Shown here: one piece after another, positions 53,087-64,000 of the stretch
How positions within the stretch are numbered: the stretch's first letter is position 1
Layout: each line of letters opens with the position of its first letter
NCBI GenBank assembly: GCA_963832685.1
Contig: CAWHUZ010000001.1
Span: 291,051 to 355,050, forward strand
DNA from: an uncultured beta proteobacterium
GTDB taxonomy: Bacteria; Pseudomonadota; Gammaproteobacteria; Burkholderiales; SG8-39
Reading direction: 5' to 3'
DNA: 64,000 bases
The notes under the pieces: model-generated
Seen by the model: the letters and a program-made list of their open reading frames with translations, nothing else
Database searches by the model: none
Told to the model about the DNA's origin: nothing
Made by a program: the position numbers and the translations under genes

Positions 53087-53239
53087 CGCCGCCTTAGCGG
53101 AGCGCTGACGCCACAATTCAGAAATACGGCGCGCGGCGAGAGTTTGATAGCATTCATTCCTCTTTGTTCTTACTTGTCCGATTGACGCAGGAGACGCGCA
53201 GTGGAACCCTGGTCCGCGAGGGACGAAAGCCGATATCTC

Positions 53240-54076
53240 ATGGCGTCGCGCACGCCACGGAACCGCATCGATCTGGTGGGTGGCGCTGGTGATTGCCGTG
53301 CTTGCCGTTGCGATCGGCGTCTATTATTACTATTTCGTCAGCACGCACATGGCGGAGCCTGCGCCTGTGGCGCCGCCTGCGCCGACGAGTGAATCCAGCT
53401 GCCGGCGGCGCTGCCCGCGAGCCCTGCGCCGGCGATCGAGCACCCGGTAGAGGCGCCGAAGGCGGCGCCGGGCGAGATCCTGCCGCCGCTGCCGGGGCTG
53501 CGCGACAGCGATCCTGCGGCGCGCGATGCGCTGATCGGACTGGTGGGCGCGAAATCGTTCGCGGACTTCTTCTACCCCGAGCGCATCATCCTGCGCATCG
53601 TCGCCACGGTGGACAATCTGCCGCGCCACGCGGCGCCGGCGCGCATGATGCCGGTCAAGCCGGTTGCCGGGCGGTTCGCCACGCTGGGCACGGGCGACGC
53701 AGCGGTCATCGCGCCCGAAAACGCGGCGCGCTACACGCCCTACGTGCGCATCGCGCAGGCGATCAACGCCCACAAGCTGGTCGCGCTCTACAGCCGCTTC
53801 TATCCGCTTTTCCAGCGCGCGTACCGCGAGCTCGGGTACCCGAACAAGTACTTCAACGACCGCCTGATCGAAGCGATCGACGACCTGCTCGCCGCGCCTG
53901 AGCTCGATGGCCCGGTCAAGCTCGCGCAGCCCAAGGTGCTGTACGAGTTCGCGGACCCGGACCTGGAGGGACGCTCGGCCGGGCAGAAGATCATGCTGCG
54001 CATGGGCCGCGACAACGAGCTCAAGCTGAAGGCCAAGCTGCGGGCGCTGCGCCGGGAGCTGGTCAAAGGCGTGTGA
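53240..54076 (+). CDS. DUF3014-like membrane-anchored protein (5' frameshifts)
   Basis: RIVATVDNL, RYTPYV, YPLFQRAYRELGYP..YFNDRL, YEFADPDLE..SAGQK.MLRMG. Confidence 0.82.
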
Positions 54077-54178
54077 CCGGCGCCGGATTTGCCGCGCGGG
54101 CCGGTTCGACCTAGACTGCGCCCTCCGGCAGCACGAACGACGGCCCTCACGGGCCGTTTCAGTTTGATCCCCATCGAG

Positions 54179-56497
54179 ATGAACGCACCCCAAATCCAGT
54201 TCGACCCCGAATCCGCCCGCTTCGGCAGCTCGCGCTCGCAGAAGCGGCTCGAAGACGACCGCCTGCTCACCGGCAAGGGCCTGTACAGCGATGACCGCGA
54301 ATTCGCGCAACTCGCCTGGCTGGTGCTGGTGCGCTCGCCGCACGCGCACGCGAAGATCCTGTCGGCCGACCTCGCGCCGGCGCGCGCGGCGCCGGGCGTG
54401 CTCGCGGCCTGGACCATGCAGGACCTGCGCGCGGACGGCGTCGGCCACATTCCCTTTCCGCCGCTGTTCAAGCAGGCCGACGGCTCGCCGATGGCGGCGC
54501 CGCCGCGGGTGCTGCTGGCCGATAAAACCGTCTATTACGTCGGCCAGCCGGTGGCCGCGATCGTCGCTGCCACGCGCGATGCGGCCGAGGACGCCGCCGA
54601 GCTGGTGCTGGTCGATTACGAAGAGCTGCCTTGCGTGGTCGACGCGCAACGCGCGCTCGAGCCGGACGCGCCGCAGCTCTGGCCCGAGGCGCCCGGCAAC
54701 GTCGCGGCGGAGTCGGCCTACGGCGACCCGAAGGCGGCCGACGCCGCGTTCGCCGCCGCCGCGCACGTGGTCGAGCTCGAGCTGCACAACCAGCGCCTGA
54801 TCGCCAACGCGCTCGAGCCGCGCTGCGCGATCGGCGTGTTCGAGAACGGGCGCACCACGCTCTATACGCAGAACCAGACGCCGACCGGCGCGCGCGAGCT
54901 GCTCGGCGCGGTGTTCGGCGCCAAGCCGGAGGCGTTCCGGGTCGTGGTGGGCGACATCGGCGGCGGCTTCGGCATGAAGACCGGCCTCACGCCCGAGGAC
55001 GCGCTGGTGTGCCACGCGGCGAAGAAGCTCGGCCGCCCGGTCAAGTGGCGCGCCGAGCGCAGCGAGGAGTTCCTCGCCGCGCACATGGGGCGCGACCAGC
55101 GCTTCAAGGCCAGCCTCGCGCTCGACAAGGACGGCCGCATCCTGGCCCTTCGCATGCGCATGCTGGGCAACATCGGCGCCACGCCGGTGGGCTCGTCGGC
55201 GATCATTCCGCTCGCGCTCGGACCGAAGGTGCAGACCACCGTGTACAAGGTGCCGGTGGTCGACTACGGCGTCAAGGCGGTGCTCACCAACACCATGGCC
55301 ACCGGCGCCTACCGCGGCGCGGGGCGCCCCGAGGCCAACTACCTGATGGAACGCCTGATGGAGAAGGCGAGCCGGCAGCTCAAGCTCGACCCGGCCGAAA
55401 TCCGGCGCCGCAACTTCATCCGCCCGCAGGATTTTCCCTATCGCACGCACCTGGGCGACGTCTACGACGTGGGCGATTTCGGCCGCGTGCTGGACGGCGC
55501 GCTCGCGCGCGCGGACTGGAACGGCTTTCCTGCCCGGCGCGAGGAATCGAAGCGCCGCGGCCGGCTGCGCGGGCGCGGGCTGGCGGTCTACCTCGAGTGG
55601 ACCGGCGCCATTCCGACCGAGACGGTCGACATCCAGATCGACGCCGACGGCGCGGTGACGGTCTTCTCGGGCACCCAGGCGATGGGGCAGGGGCTCGAGA
55701 CGACCTATTGCCAGCTCATCACCGAGGTGCTGCAGGTGCCGGTCACGAGCGTACGCATCGTGCAGGGCGACACCGACCGCGCCAACGGCGTCGGCAGCGT
55801 CGGCTCGCGCTCGGCGTTCGTCGGCGGCTCGGCGGTGGTCGCCGCCGGGCGCAAGGTGATCGTGCGCGGCAAGGAGCTGGCGGCCGAAGCGCTGGAAGCC
55901 GCGCCGCAGGACATCGAGTTCGGCGACGGGCGCTTTCGCATCGCCGGCACCGACCGCACGATCGGGCTGGACGAGCTCGCCGCGCGCCAGGCCGAGCGCC
56001 ATTTCCGCGTCTCGGCGACCGAGACGCCTTCGACGCCCTCGTGGCCCAACGGTGCCCAGGTGTGCGAGGTCGAGATCGATCCGGATACGGGCGAAGTCGA
56101 GCTGGCGCGCATCACCAGCGTGGACGACATCGGCCGCATCATCAACCACATGATCGTCGAGGGGCAGATTCACGGCGGCATCGCGCAGGGCGTCGGACAG
56201 GCGCTCTACGAGCGCACGGTCTACGACCCGGAAAGCGGCCAGCTGCTCACCGGCTCGCTGATGGATTACGGCATTCCGCGCGCGGACCAGTTCCCGCCCA
56301 TGGACACCGCGTTCGACGAGAGCGTTCCCTGCAGCACCAACCTGCTGGGCGTGAAGGGCTGCGGCGAGCTCGGCACCATCGGCTCGGTGCCGGCGCTGGT
56401 GAACGCAGTGCTGGATGCGCTCGCCGAGCGCGGCATCACGCAGCTCGAGATGCCCCTCACCGCCGAGAAGGTCTGGAGGGCATTGCACGGCGTGTAG
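54179..56497 (+). CDS. Xanthine dehydrogenase/CoxL-like molybdopterin-binding subunit
   Basis: RLEDDRLLTGKG, RSPHAHA, IGGGFGMK, AYRGAGRPEA, MGQGLET, GQIHGG.AQG.GQAL, KGCGE. Confidence 0.92.
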   Translation: MNAPQIQFDPESARFGSSRSQKRLEDDRLLTGKGLYSDDREFAQLAWLVLVRSPHAHAKILSADLAPARAAPGVLAAWTMQDLRADGVGHIPFPPLFKQADGSPMAAPPRVLLADKTVYYVGQPVAAIVAATRDAAEDAAELVLVDYEELPCVVDAQRALEPDAPQLWPEAPGNVAAESAYGDPKAADAAFAAAAHVVELELHNQRLIANALEPRCAIGVFENGRTTLYTQNQTPTGARELLGAVFGAKPEAFRVVVGDIGGGFGMKTGLTPEDALVCHAAKKLGRPVKWRAERSEEFLAAHMGRDQRFKASLALDKDGRILALRMRMLGNIGATPVGSSAIIPLALGPKVQTTVYKVPVVDYGVKAVLTNTMATGAYRGAGRPEANYLMERLMEKASRQLKLDPAEIRRRNFIRPQDFPYRTHLGDVYDVGDFGRVLDGALARADWNGFPARREESKRRGRLRGRGLAVYLEWTGAIPTETVDIQIDADGAVTVFSGTQAMGQGLETTYCQLITEVLQVPVTSVRIVQGDTDRANGVGSVGSRSAFVGGSAVVAAGRKVIVRGKELAAEALEAAPQDIEFGDGRFRIAGTDRTIGLDELAARQAERHFRVSATETPSTPSWPNGAQVCEVEIDPDTGEVELARITSVDDIGRIINHMIVEGQIHGGIAQGVGQALYERTVYDPESGQLLTGSLMDYGIPRADQFPPMDTAFDESVPCSTNLLGVKGCGELGTIGSVPALVNAVLDALAERGITQLEMPLTAEKVWRALHGV

Positions 56498-56520
56498 TCG
56501 ATCGAACGGGGTGAGGTCGC

Positions 56521-57300
56521 ATGGCGGCGGGTTCGGCGCGCGGTACGGCTTGGCAGGACGAGGCCCGTCGCGCGCTCGAATACGCGCTTGCCGCTTCGCT
56601 CGCCCTGCATGCGCTGGCGCTGCTTTCGCTTCCCTCGCTTCCTTCGCTCCGCGATGCCGCCGGCTCCGGCGCAGCCGCCGCTCGAGGCGCACCTGATGCC
56701 GGCGCGGCCGGTCGAAGCGCCCAGACCGCCGCCGCCCCGCCGCCGCCGAAGATCGAGCCGCAGCCCGCGCCGCAGCCGACGCCGCATCCGGCCCCGCGGC
56801 CCGTATTGAAGAAGGCACGGCCTGTTCGCGAACGTGCGCCCGAACCCGCGCCGCAGCCCGTGCCCGAGCCCGTTATAGCGGCTCCGGCGCCCGCCCCGGT
56901 TGTCGCGCCGGTTGCGCAACCGCAACCTCCGTCGTAGCTGCACCTGCGCCTGCGCCCGCCCCGGCGCCGCGCGCCGCGCCGCGGCCCGACGCGGCGAGCC
57001 TGGCGGCGCAGTATCGCGCGGCGCTAATGGCCGAGGCGGCGCGCTACAAGCGCTACCCGCGCTTCGCGCGCGACAACGGCTGGGAGGGCAAGGTCGAGCT
57101 GCACCTGGAGATCGGGGCCGATGGCGCGATCGCGTCGCTGCGCGTCGCGCACGGGACGGGATACTCGATCCTCGACCAGCAGGCGCTCGAGATGGTCCGC
57201 AGCGCCGAAGCCGCAAACGGCAATTCCCGAGGGCTTGCGCGGCAAGGGCTTCAGCGTGGATATCCCGGTGCTGTTCAGCCTGCGCGATTCGGATGCGTAG
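56521..57300 (+). CDS. TonB-family protein (frameshifted)
   Basis: TM ASLALHAL, Pro-rich linker, KRYP..AR..GWEGKV.L, GYSILDQQAL. Confidence 0.8.
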
Positions 57301-57784
57301 GCGGGCTCAGGCGGCGTGCGCCGTCGAAGCGGCGCATCCAGTAGCGCGCGCGCAGCTGCTCGACGCGCACCCTTGCGCCGGTCTTGGGCGCGTGCACGAA
57401 GCGGCCGTTGCCGAGGTAGATGCCGACGTGCGAGAAGGCGCGGTGCTGCGTGTTGTAGAACACCAGATCGCCGGGCTGCAGTTCCGCTAGACTGACGGGC
57501 GTTCCGATTTCGCTCTGGGCGCGGGCGTTGTGCGGCAGCTCGAGCCCCCAGGCCTGCTCGAACACGTGGGCGACCAGTCCGCTGCAATCGTAGCCGGTGG
57601 CGGGCGAGTCGCCGCCGTAGCGGTAGTCGGTGCCGAGCGCGAGCACCGCCTGCAGCAAGGCCTCGGAGCGCTCGGCGCTGGCCGGCGCGAGCCGGTCGGG
57701 CAACGGATCGGGCGCCCGCTGGGGCCCGGCGCAACCTGCCATTGCGGCACAAAGCGCGAACCAATACAGAGAATTACGCGCCAT
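57275..57784 (-). CDS. NlpC/P60 (C40) lipoprotein peptidase
   Basis: MAGC lipobox, Y.YGG.SP.TGYDCSGLV, PGDLVF, SHVGIYLG..RFVHAP. Confidence 0.92.
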   Translation of the reverse strand: MARNSLYWFALCAAMAGCAGPQRAPDPLPDRLAPASAERSEALLQAVLALGTDYRYGGDSPATGYDCSGLVAHVFEQAWGLELPHNARAQSEIGTPVSLAELQPGDLVFYNTQHRAFSHVGIYLGNGRFVHAPKTGARVRVEQLRARYWMRRFDGARRLSPPTHPNRAG

Positions 57785-57916
57785 AATTAAAGCAATGTAG
57801 TGAATGTGGAAGACAAAGTAAAGCGACGCCGTGTCAGCCGCGCGCCGCGCGGGCGCGTTGCTTCGAGGGGATCGTGGAGAGCCATTCAGCAGGAGCGCCG
57901 TATGCGCCCGTTCGTC

Positions 57917-59872
<1,956 letters not shown>

Positions 59873-59876
<4 letters not shown>

Positions 59877-60856
59877 GAGTCGTCATCACCGGTGGTGGGG
59901 GGTTTCTCGGCTCGCGCCTGGCGCGGGCGCTGCTCGCGCGCGGCAAGCTGACCGCGCCGGATGGAAGCGAGCGCCAGATTTCGCGCATCGCGCTGCTCGA
60001 CGGCGCGTTCCCGGCGGCGCTGCCGAGCGACCCGCGGCTCGAGATCGTGAGCGGCGACATCGCCGAGCGCGCCGTCGTCGAACGGGTGGTCACGCCCGAC
60101 ACCGGCTCGGTGTTCCACCTGGCGGCGGTCGTCAGCGGCGGCGCGGAAGCGGACTTCGACCTCGGCATGCGGGTGAACCTCGAGGGCACGCGGCTGCTGC
60201 TCGAGCGGCTGCGGCAGTGCGCGCGCCCGCCGCGCCTGGTGTTCGCGAGCTCGGTGGCGGCGTTCGGCGGCGAGCTGCCGCCGGTGCTGGACGACTCGAC
60301 CACGCCGCTGCCGCAGACCTCCTACGGCACGCAGAAGGTGGTGAGCGAATACCTGATTTCCGATTATTCGCGCAAGGGTTTCCTCGACGGGCGCTCGCTG
60401 CGCCTGCCGACCATCGTCGTGCGCCCGGGCAAGCCGAATGCGGCGGCCTCGTCGTTCGCGAGCGGAATCCTGCGCGAGCCGCTCAACGGCGTCACCTCGG
60501 AATGCCCGGTCGAGGCCGAAACCGGCGTCTGGCTGCTCTCGCCCAGGCGCGTGGTCGAGGCTTTCGTGCACGCGCACGAGCTGCCCGCGGACGCCTGGGG
60601 AACGCGCCGCGCGCTGAACCTGCCGGGCATCACCGCGAGCGTCGCGGAAATGATCGATGCGATGGGGCGCGTCGCCGGGGCAGCGGTGGCGAAGCGGGTG
60701 GTGTGGAAGCCCGACGCGCGCACGCAGGCGATCGTCAGGACCTGGCCGGCGCGGTTCGAAACGCCGCGCGCGCTCGCGATGGGATTTCGCGCCGACCCGG
60801 ACGTTGAAACAGTGATCCGCGACTACATCGCGGACGAGGGCATCAAGCTCGCCTAG
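59873..60856 (+). CDS. denD: D-erythronate dehydrogenase-like NAD-dependent epimerase
   Basis: GGGGFLG, HLAAVVSGGAEADFDLG, SYGTQK, RPGKPNAAASSF.SGI.REPL. Confidence 0.85.
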
Positions 60857-60890
60857 GCGCTCGCGCCTGGCAGTCGCAGCCGGGCCGCGC

Positions 60891-61697
60891 TTACCAGTTC
60901 GGGTCCCACAGCTTCCACCAGGGCGCTTCGCGCTTCACGCCGCCCGGTTTCAGGTACGGGCTGTGCGGGAAGTTGGTCTTCATCACGCGCGCCGCGCTGT
61001 CGCGCAGGTCGTCCAGGCCGAGCGCGCCGTAGGCATGGATCATGATGGAGAGCGCCTCCTCGGTCGCCGGCGCGCGCGGGTATTCCTTCACCGCGTACTG
61101 CGCCCGGTTCGCCGCCGCGATGTACGCGCCGCGCCTCATGTACCAGCGCGCGACGTGCACTTCGTGCGAGGCGAGCGAGTTGACCAGGTAACGCATGCGC
61201 TCGATCGCGTCTGGAGTGTATTTCGACTTCGGGAAGCGCGTCACCAGCTCCTTGAAGGTGGCGAAAGCCTCGCGCGTCGCCTTCGGATCCCGCTCGGACA
61301 TGTCCGGGTTCGACAGGCCGGAGAGCAGGCCGGTGTTCTCGTTGAAGTTGATCAGCCCCTTGAGGTAGTAGGCGTAGTCGACGTTCGGATGGTTCGGGTA
61401 GAGCTTGATGAAGCGATCGGCCGCCGCGATCGCCGAGGCGCGCTCGCTGTCCTTCCAGTACGAGTAGGCGATTTCGAGCTGCGCCTGCTGGGCGAAGCGG
61501 CCGTAGGGGTAGCGCGCCTCGAGCTTTTCGAAGTACTTGATCGCCTGGGCCCAGTCCTTGGAGGCCATCGAGTCCTTGGCCTCGCCGTAGAGCCTCTGCG
61601 CCGACCAATTCGCCGTTTCGTCTCTCTCGGTCGAGGCGCAGGAGCCGAGCAGGAGCGCGGTCGCGACGACGAGTAGAGCAAGTAAACTTGAGCGCAT
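60891..61697 (-). CDS. bamD: Outer membrane assembly factor BamD
   Basis: Lipobox, LEARYPYG..AQQAQL, RFIKLYP.HPNVDYAYYLKGL; divergent from rluD. Confidence 0.96.
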   Translation of the reverse strand: MRSSLLALLVVATALLLGSCASTERDETANWSAQRLYGEAKDSMASKDWAQAIKYFEKLEARYPYGRFAQQAQLEIAYSYWKDSERASAIAAADRFIKLYPNHPNVDYAYYLKGLINFNENTGLLSGLSNPDMSERDPKATREAFATFKELVTRFPKSKYTPDAIERMRYLVNSLASHEVHVARWYMRRGAYIAAANRAQYAVKEYPRAPATEEALSIMIHAYGALGLDDLRDSAARVMKTNFPHSPYLKPGGVKREAPWWKLWDPNW

Positions 61698-62637
61698 GAA
61701 AGCGAAACTTGCAGTGGAGGGCGCAGATTATAGCCTGCTGAAAGTGACCGTCCCGGCCGCGCTCGGCGGGCTCAGATTGGATCAGGCGCTGGTGCGTTTG
61801 TTCCCGCAGTATTCGCGCAACCGCCTGCAGGCCTGGCTCAAGGCGGGGCATATCCGGGTCGACGGCGCGGCGGGCGCGGCAAAGCAAGCGGTGATGGGCG
61901 GCGAGCGCGTCGATCTTGCCCCGCCGCTGCCGCCGGAGGGGGGCGCTGCGCAGGCGCAGCGCATGCCCCTTTCGATCGTGCACGAAGACCGCGACCTGAT
62001 CGTCGTCGACAAGCCGGCCGGGCTGGTGGTCCACCCCGGCGCCGGGGTGCCGGACCGCACGCTGCTGAACGCGCTGCTCGCGCACGCCCCCGAGCTTGCC
62101 GTGGTGCCGCGCGCGGGCATCGTGCACCGCCTCGACAAGGACACCAGCGGCCTGCTGGTGGTAGCCAAGAACGTCTCCGCGCAGGCCACTCTGGTCAAGC
62201 AGCTGGCCGAGCGCAGCATGCGCCGTGTGTACCTCGCGCTGGTGCACGGCGATCCGCCGGCCTCGGGCACCGTCGACGCCCCGGTCGGGCGCGACGCGCG
62301 CGTTCGCACCAGGATGGCCGTGTCCCAGCGCGGCAAACAGGCGCGCACCGGTTACCGGGTGCTCGAGCGCTACGGCCGCGCCGCCCTGGTCGAATGCCGG
62401 CTGGAGACCGGCCGCACGCACCAGATCCGGGTCCATTTGCAGCATATTCACCACCCGCTGCTCGGCGACCCGGTCTACCGCCGCGGCGCGCGCCAGGCGC
62501 CCACGTTCGCGCGCCAGGCGCTGCACGCCTGCGAGCTGTCGCTGGTTCACCCGCGCAGCGGCCGGGAAATGAGCTGGCGCGCGCCGCTGCCGCCGGACAT
62601 GCAGCGCCTGATCGACGAATTGCGCGCCGGGCGATGA
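61696..62637 (+). CDS. rluD: 23S rRNA pseudouridine synthase RluD
   Basis: S4 domain, KPAGLVVHP, GIVHRLDKDTSG, TGRTHQIRVH. Confidence 0.95.
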   Translation: MKAKLAVEGADYSLLKVTVPAALGGLRLDQALVRLFPQYSRNRLQAWLKAGHIRVDGAAGAAKQAVMGGERVDLAPPLPPEGGAAQAQRMPLSIVHEDRDLIVVDKPAGLVVHPGAGVPDRTLLNALLAHAPELAVVPRAGIVHRLDKDTSGLLVVAKNVSAQATLVKQLAERSMRRVYLALVHGDPPASGTVDAPVGRDARVRTRMAVSQRGKQARTGYRVLERYGRAALVECRLETGRTHQIRVHLQHIHHPLLGDPVYRRGARQAPTFARQALHACELSLVHPRSGREMSWRAPLPPDMQRLIDELRAGR

Positions 62638-63383
62638 TCGGCCTCATCCGCCCGGACTGGCCCGCGGCCGCAGGCGCGCTGGTCAGCACGCGCGAGGGCG
62701 GCGCGAGCGGCGGCGCCTACGCGAGCCTGAACCTGGGCCTGCGCAGCGGCGACGACGAGGCCGCGGTGCGGGAAAACCGGCGCCGGCTAGACGAGCTGCT
62801 GCCGTCGCGCCCGGTCTGGCTGCGCCAGGTCCACGGCACGCGGGTCGCCGATGCCGACGCCGCGCGCGCCGCGGGCGAGGAGCCCGAGGCCGACGCCGCG
62901 GTTGCGCGCCGGCCCGGCACGGTGTGCGCGGTGCTGGTGGCCGACTGCATGCCGGTGCTGCTGGCCGACCAGGCCGCGACCGTGGTGGGCGTCGCGCATG
63001 CGGGCTGGCGCGGCCTGTGCGCCGGCGTGCTCGAAGCGACGCTCGACGCGATGCGCGCCGAGCCCGGTGAATTGATGGCCTGGCTCGGTCCGGCGATCGG
63101 GCCGCGGGTGTACGAAGTCGGCGACGAGGTGCGCGAAGCCTTTGTCGCGCGCGACCCGGCCGCGAGCGCCGCGTTTCGCGCCGTGCGCCGCGGGCACTGG
63201 CTGCTCGACCTGTACGCGGTCGCGCGCCAGCGCCTTGCGGCGCGCGGCGTAACACGTGTGCACGGAGGCGGGCTGTGCACCTTTTCCGATCCGGCGCGCT
63301 TCTTTTCGTACCGGCGCGACGGCGCGACCGGGCGCATGGCGGCCCTGATTTGGCTCGCCGGCGGCAATCCGGGGAGGATTTGA
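62634..63383 (+). CDS. pgeF: PgeF/YfiH
   Basis: SLNLG, QVHG, ADCMPV, HAGWRG, GPAIG..YEVG, FFSYRR. Confidence 0.95.
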   Translation: MIGLIRPDWPAAAGALVSTREGGASGGAYASLNLGLRSGDDEAAVRENRRRLDELLPSRPVWLRQVHGTRVADADAARAAGEEPEADAAVARRPGTVCAVLVADCMPVLLADQAATVVGVAHAGWRGLCAGVLEATLDAMRAEPGELMAWLGPAIGPRVYEVGDEVREAFVARDPAASAAFRAVRRGHWLLDLYAVARQRLAARGVTRVHGGGLCTFSDPARFFSYRRDGATGRMAALIWLAGGNPGRI

Positions 63384-63502
63384 CGCCGGTGCGTTGTGCG
63401 GCGCAAAATCGGCTCCCGATCCAGCCTGCCGCAACCCAGCCCGGGGGCGAGCTATATGCCGAGCGGCAAACAATATTTCCATTTCCCGACGCCCTGACCT
63501 GA

Positions 63503-64000
63503 ATGGCCGCGCAACCCAGTTCTCCCGAGGCGCTCCTGGCGGCGATTGCGCAGGCGGGCAACGAGATGACGCAGGGCTGGATGCGCCTCATCGCCGGCGT
63601 CGCGCCGCCCGCCGGCGCGTCTCCAGGCGACTGGACGCGCGAGCTCGGCGGCACGCGCCTGCCGGCGCTGCAGGCGTCCTACGCCGAGAAGCAGGCGCAG
63701 CTCTGGATGGCGCTTGCCGGCGGACCCGGGGCGGCGCCGCAGGTTGCGCCGGAGCCGGGCGATCGGCGCTTTGCGGCCAAGGCCTGGCGCGAGAACGCGT
63801 TCTACGACTACCTGCGGCAGTCCTATCTGCTGTCGGCGCGCTACTTCACCGAGTTGGTGGAAGGCGCGCAGCTCGAGCCTGCGGCGAAGGAGCGGCTGCG
63901 CTTCGCGATGAGGCAGTGGATCGACGCCATGTCGCCGGCGAACTTCGTCGCCACCAATCCCGAGGCCCTGCGGCGCGCGCTCGAGACGCGGGGCGAAAGC
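63503..64000 (+). CDS. phaC: Class I PHA synthase (3'-truncated by window)
   Basis: DRRFAAKAW, YDYLRQSYLL, RLRF...QWIDAMSPANF.ATNPEAL; pgeF-phaC synteny. Confidence 0.9.
   Translation, partial: MAAQPSSPEALLAAIAQAGNEMTQGWMRLIAGVAPPAGASPGDWTRELGGTRLPALQASYAEKQAQLWMALAGGPGAAPQVAPEPGDRRFAAKAWRENAFYDYLRQSYLLSARYFTELVEGAQLEPAAKERLRFAMRQWIDAMSPANFVATNPEALRRALETRGES

Noticed and set aside
53330-56818. Long antisense and alternate-frame ORFs (e.g. 1162 aa)
   Set aside because: Shadow ORFs typical of high-GC DNA, opposite well-supported genes.

Overview
High-GC DNA, probably betaproteobacterial, with many single-base indels that look like long-read assembly errors. Core genes flank the window: ftsK-lolA-rarA-serS on the left and yoaA/dinG-denD-bamD-rluD-pgeF-phaC on the right. 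Between them lies a ~40 kb accessory island (~4.7-44.4 kb). It holds five paralogous Crp/Fnr-family regulators, a PAS hybrid kinase/response regulator pair, a gspC-N type II secretion cluster, three DUF3494 ice-binding-like proteins and a MacAB-TolC-type pump. It also holds many general-stress/envelope small proteins (CsbD, BON/OsmY, DUF883, glycine-zipper lipoproteins, OmpA, RcnB-like, DUF3096, DUF3309, lmo0937-like, collagen-OmpA, beta/gamma-crystallin). Reading the intergenic DNA by eye gave 20 copies of a 16-bp palindrome, TGTRCG-N4-CGYACA. Most sit 20-22 nt upstream of a -10-like hexamer, which is class II CRP geometry (centre about -41.5). I infer a self-contained Crp-variant regulon that includes an unannotated ~80-nt sRNA with a CUCCUCCUCCCC anti-Shine-Dalgarno loop. 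A second module (46.4-53.1 kb) is a sulfur/redox operon divergent from an XRE-STAND-TPR regulator. All family calls are from motif recognition, not database searches.
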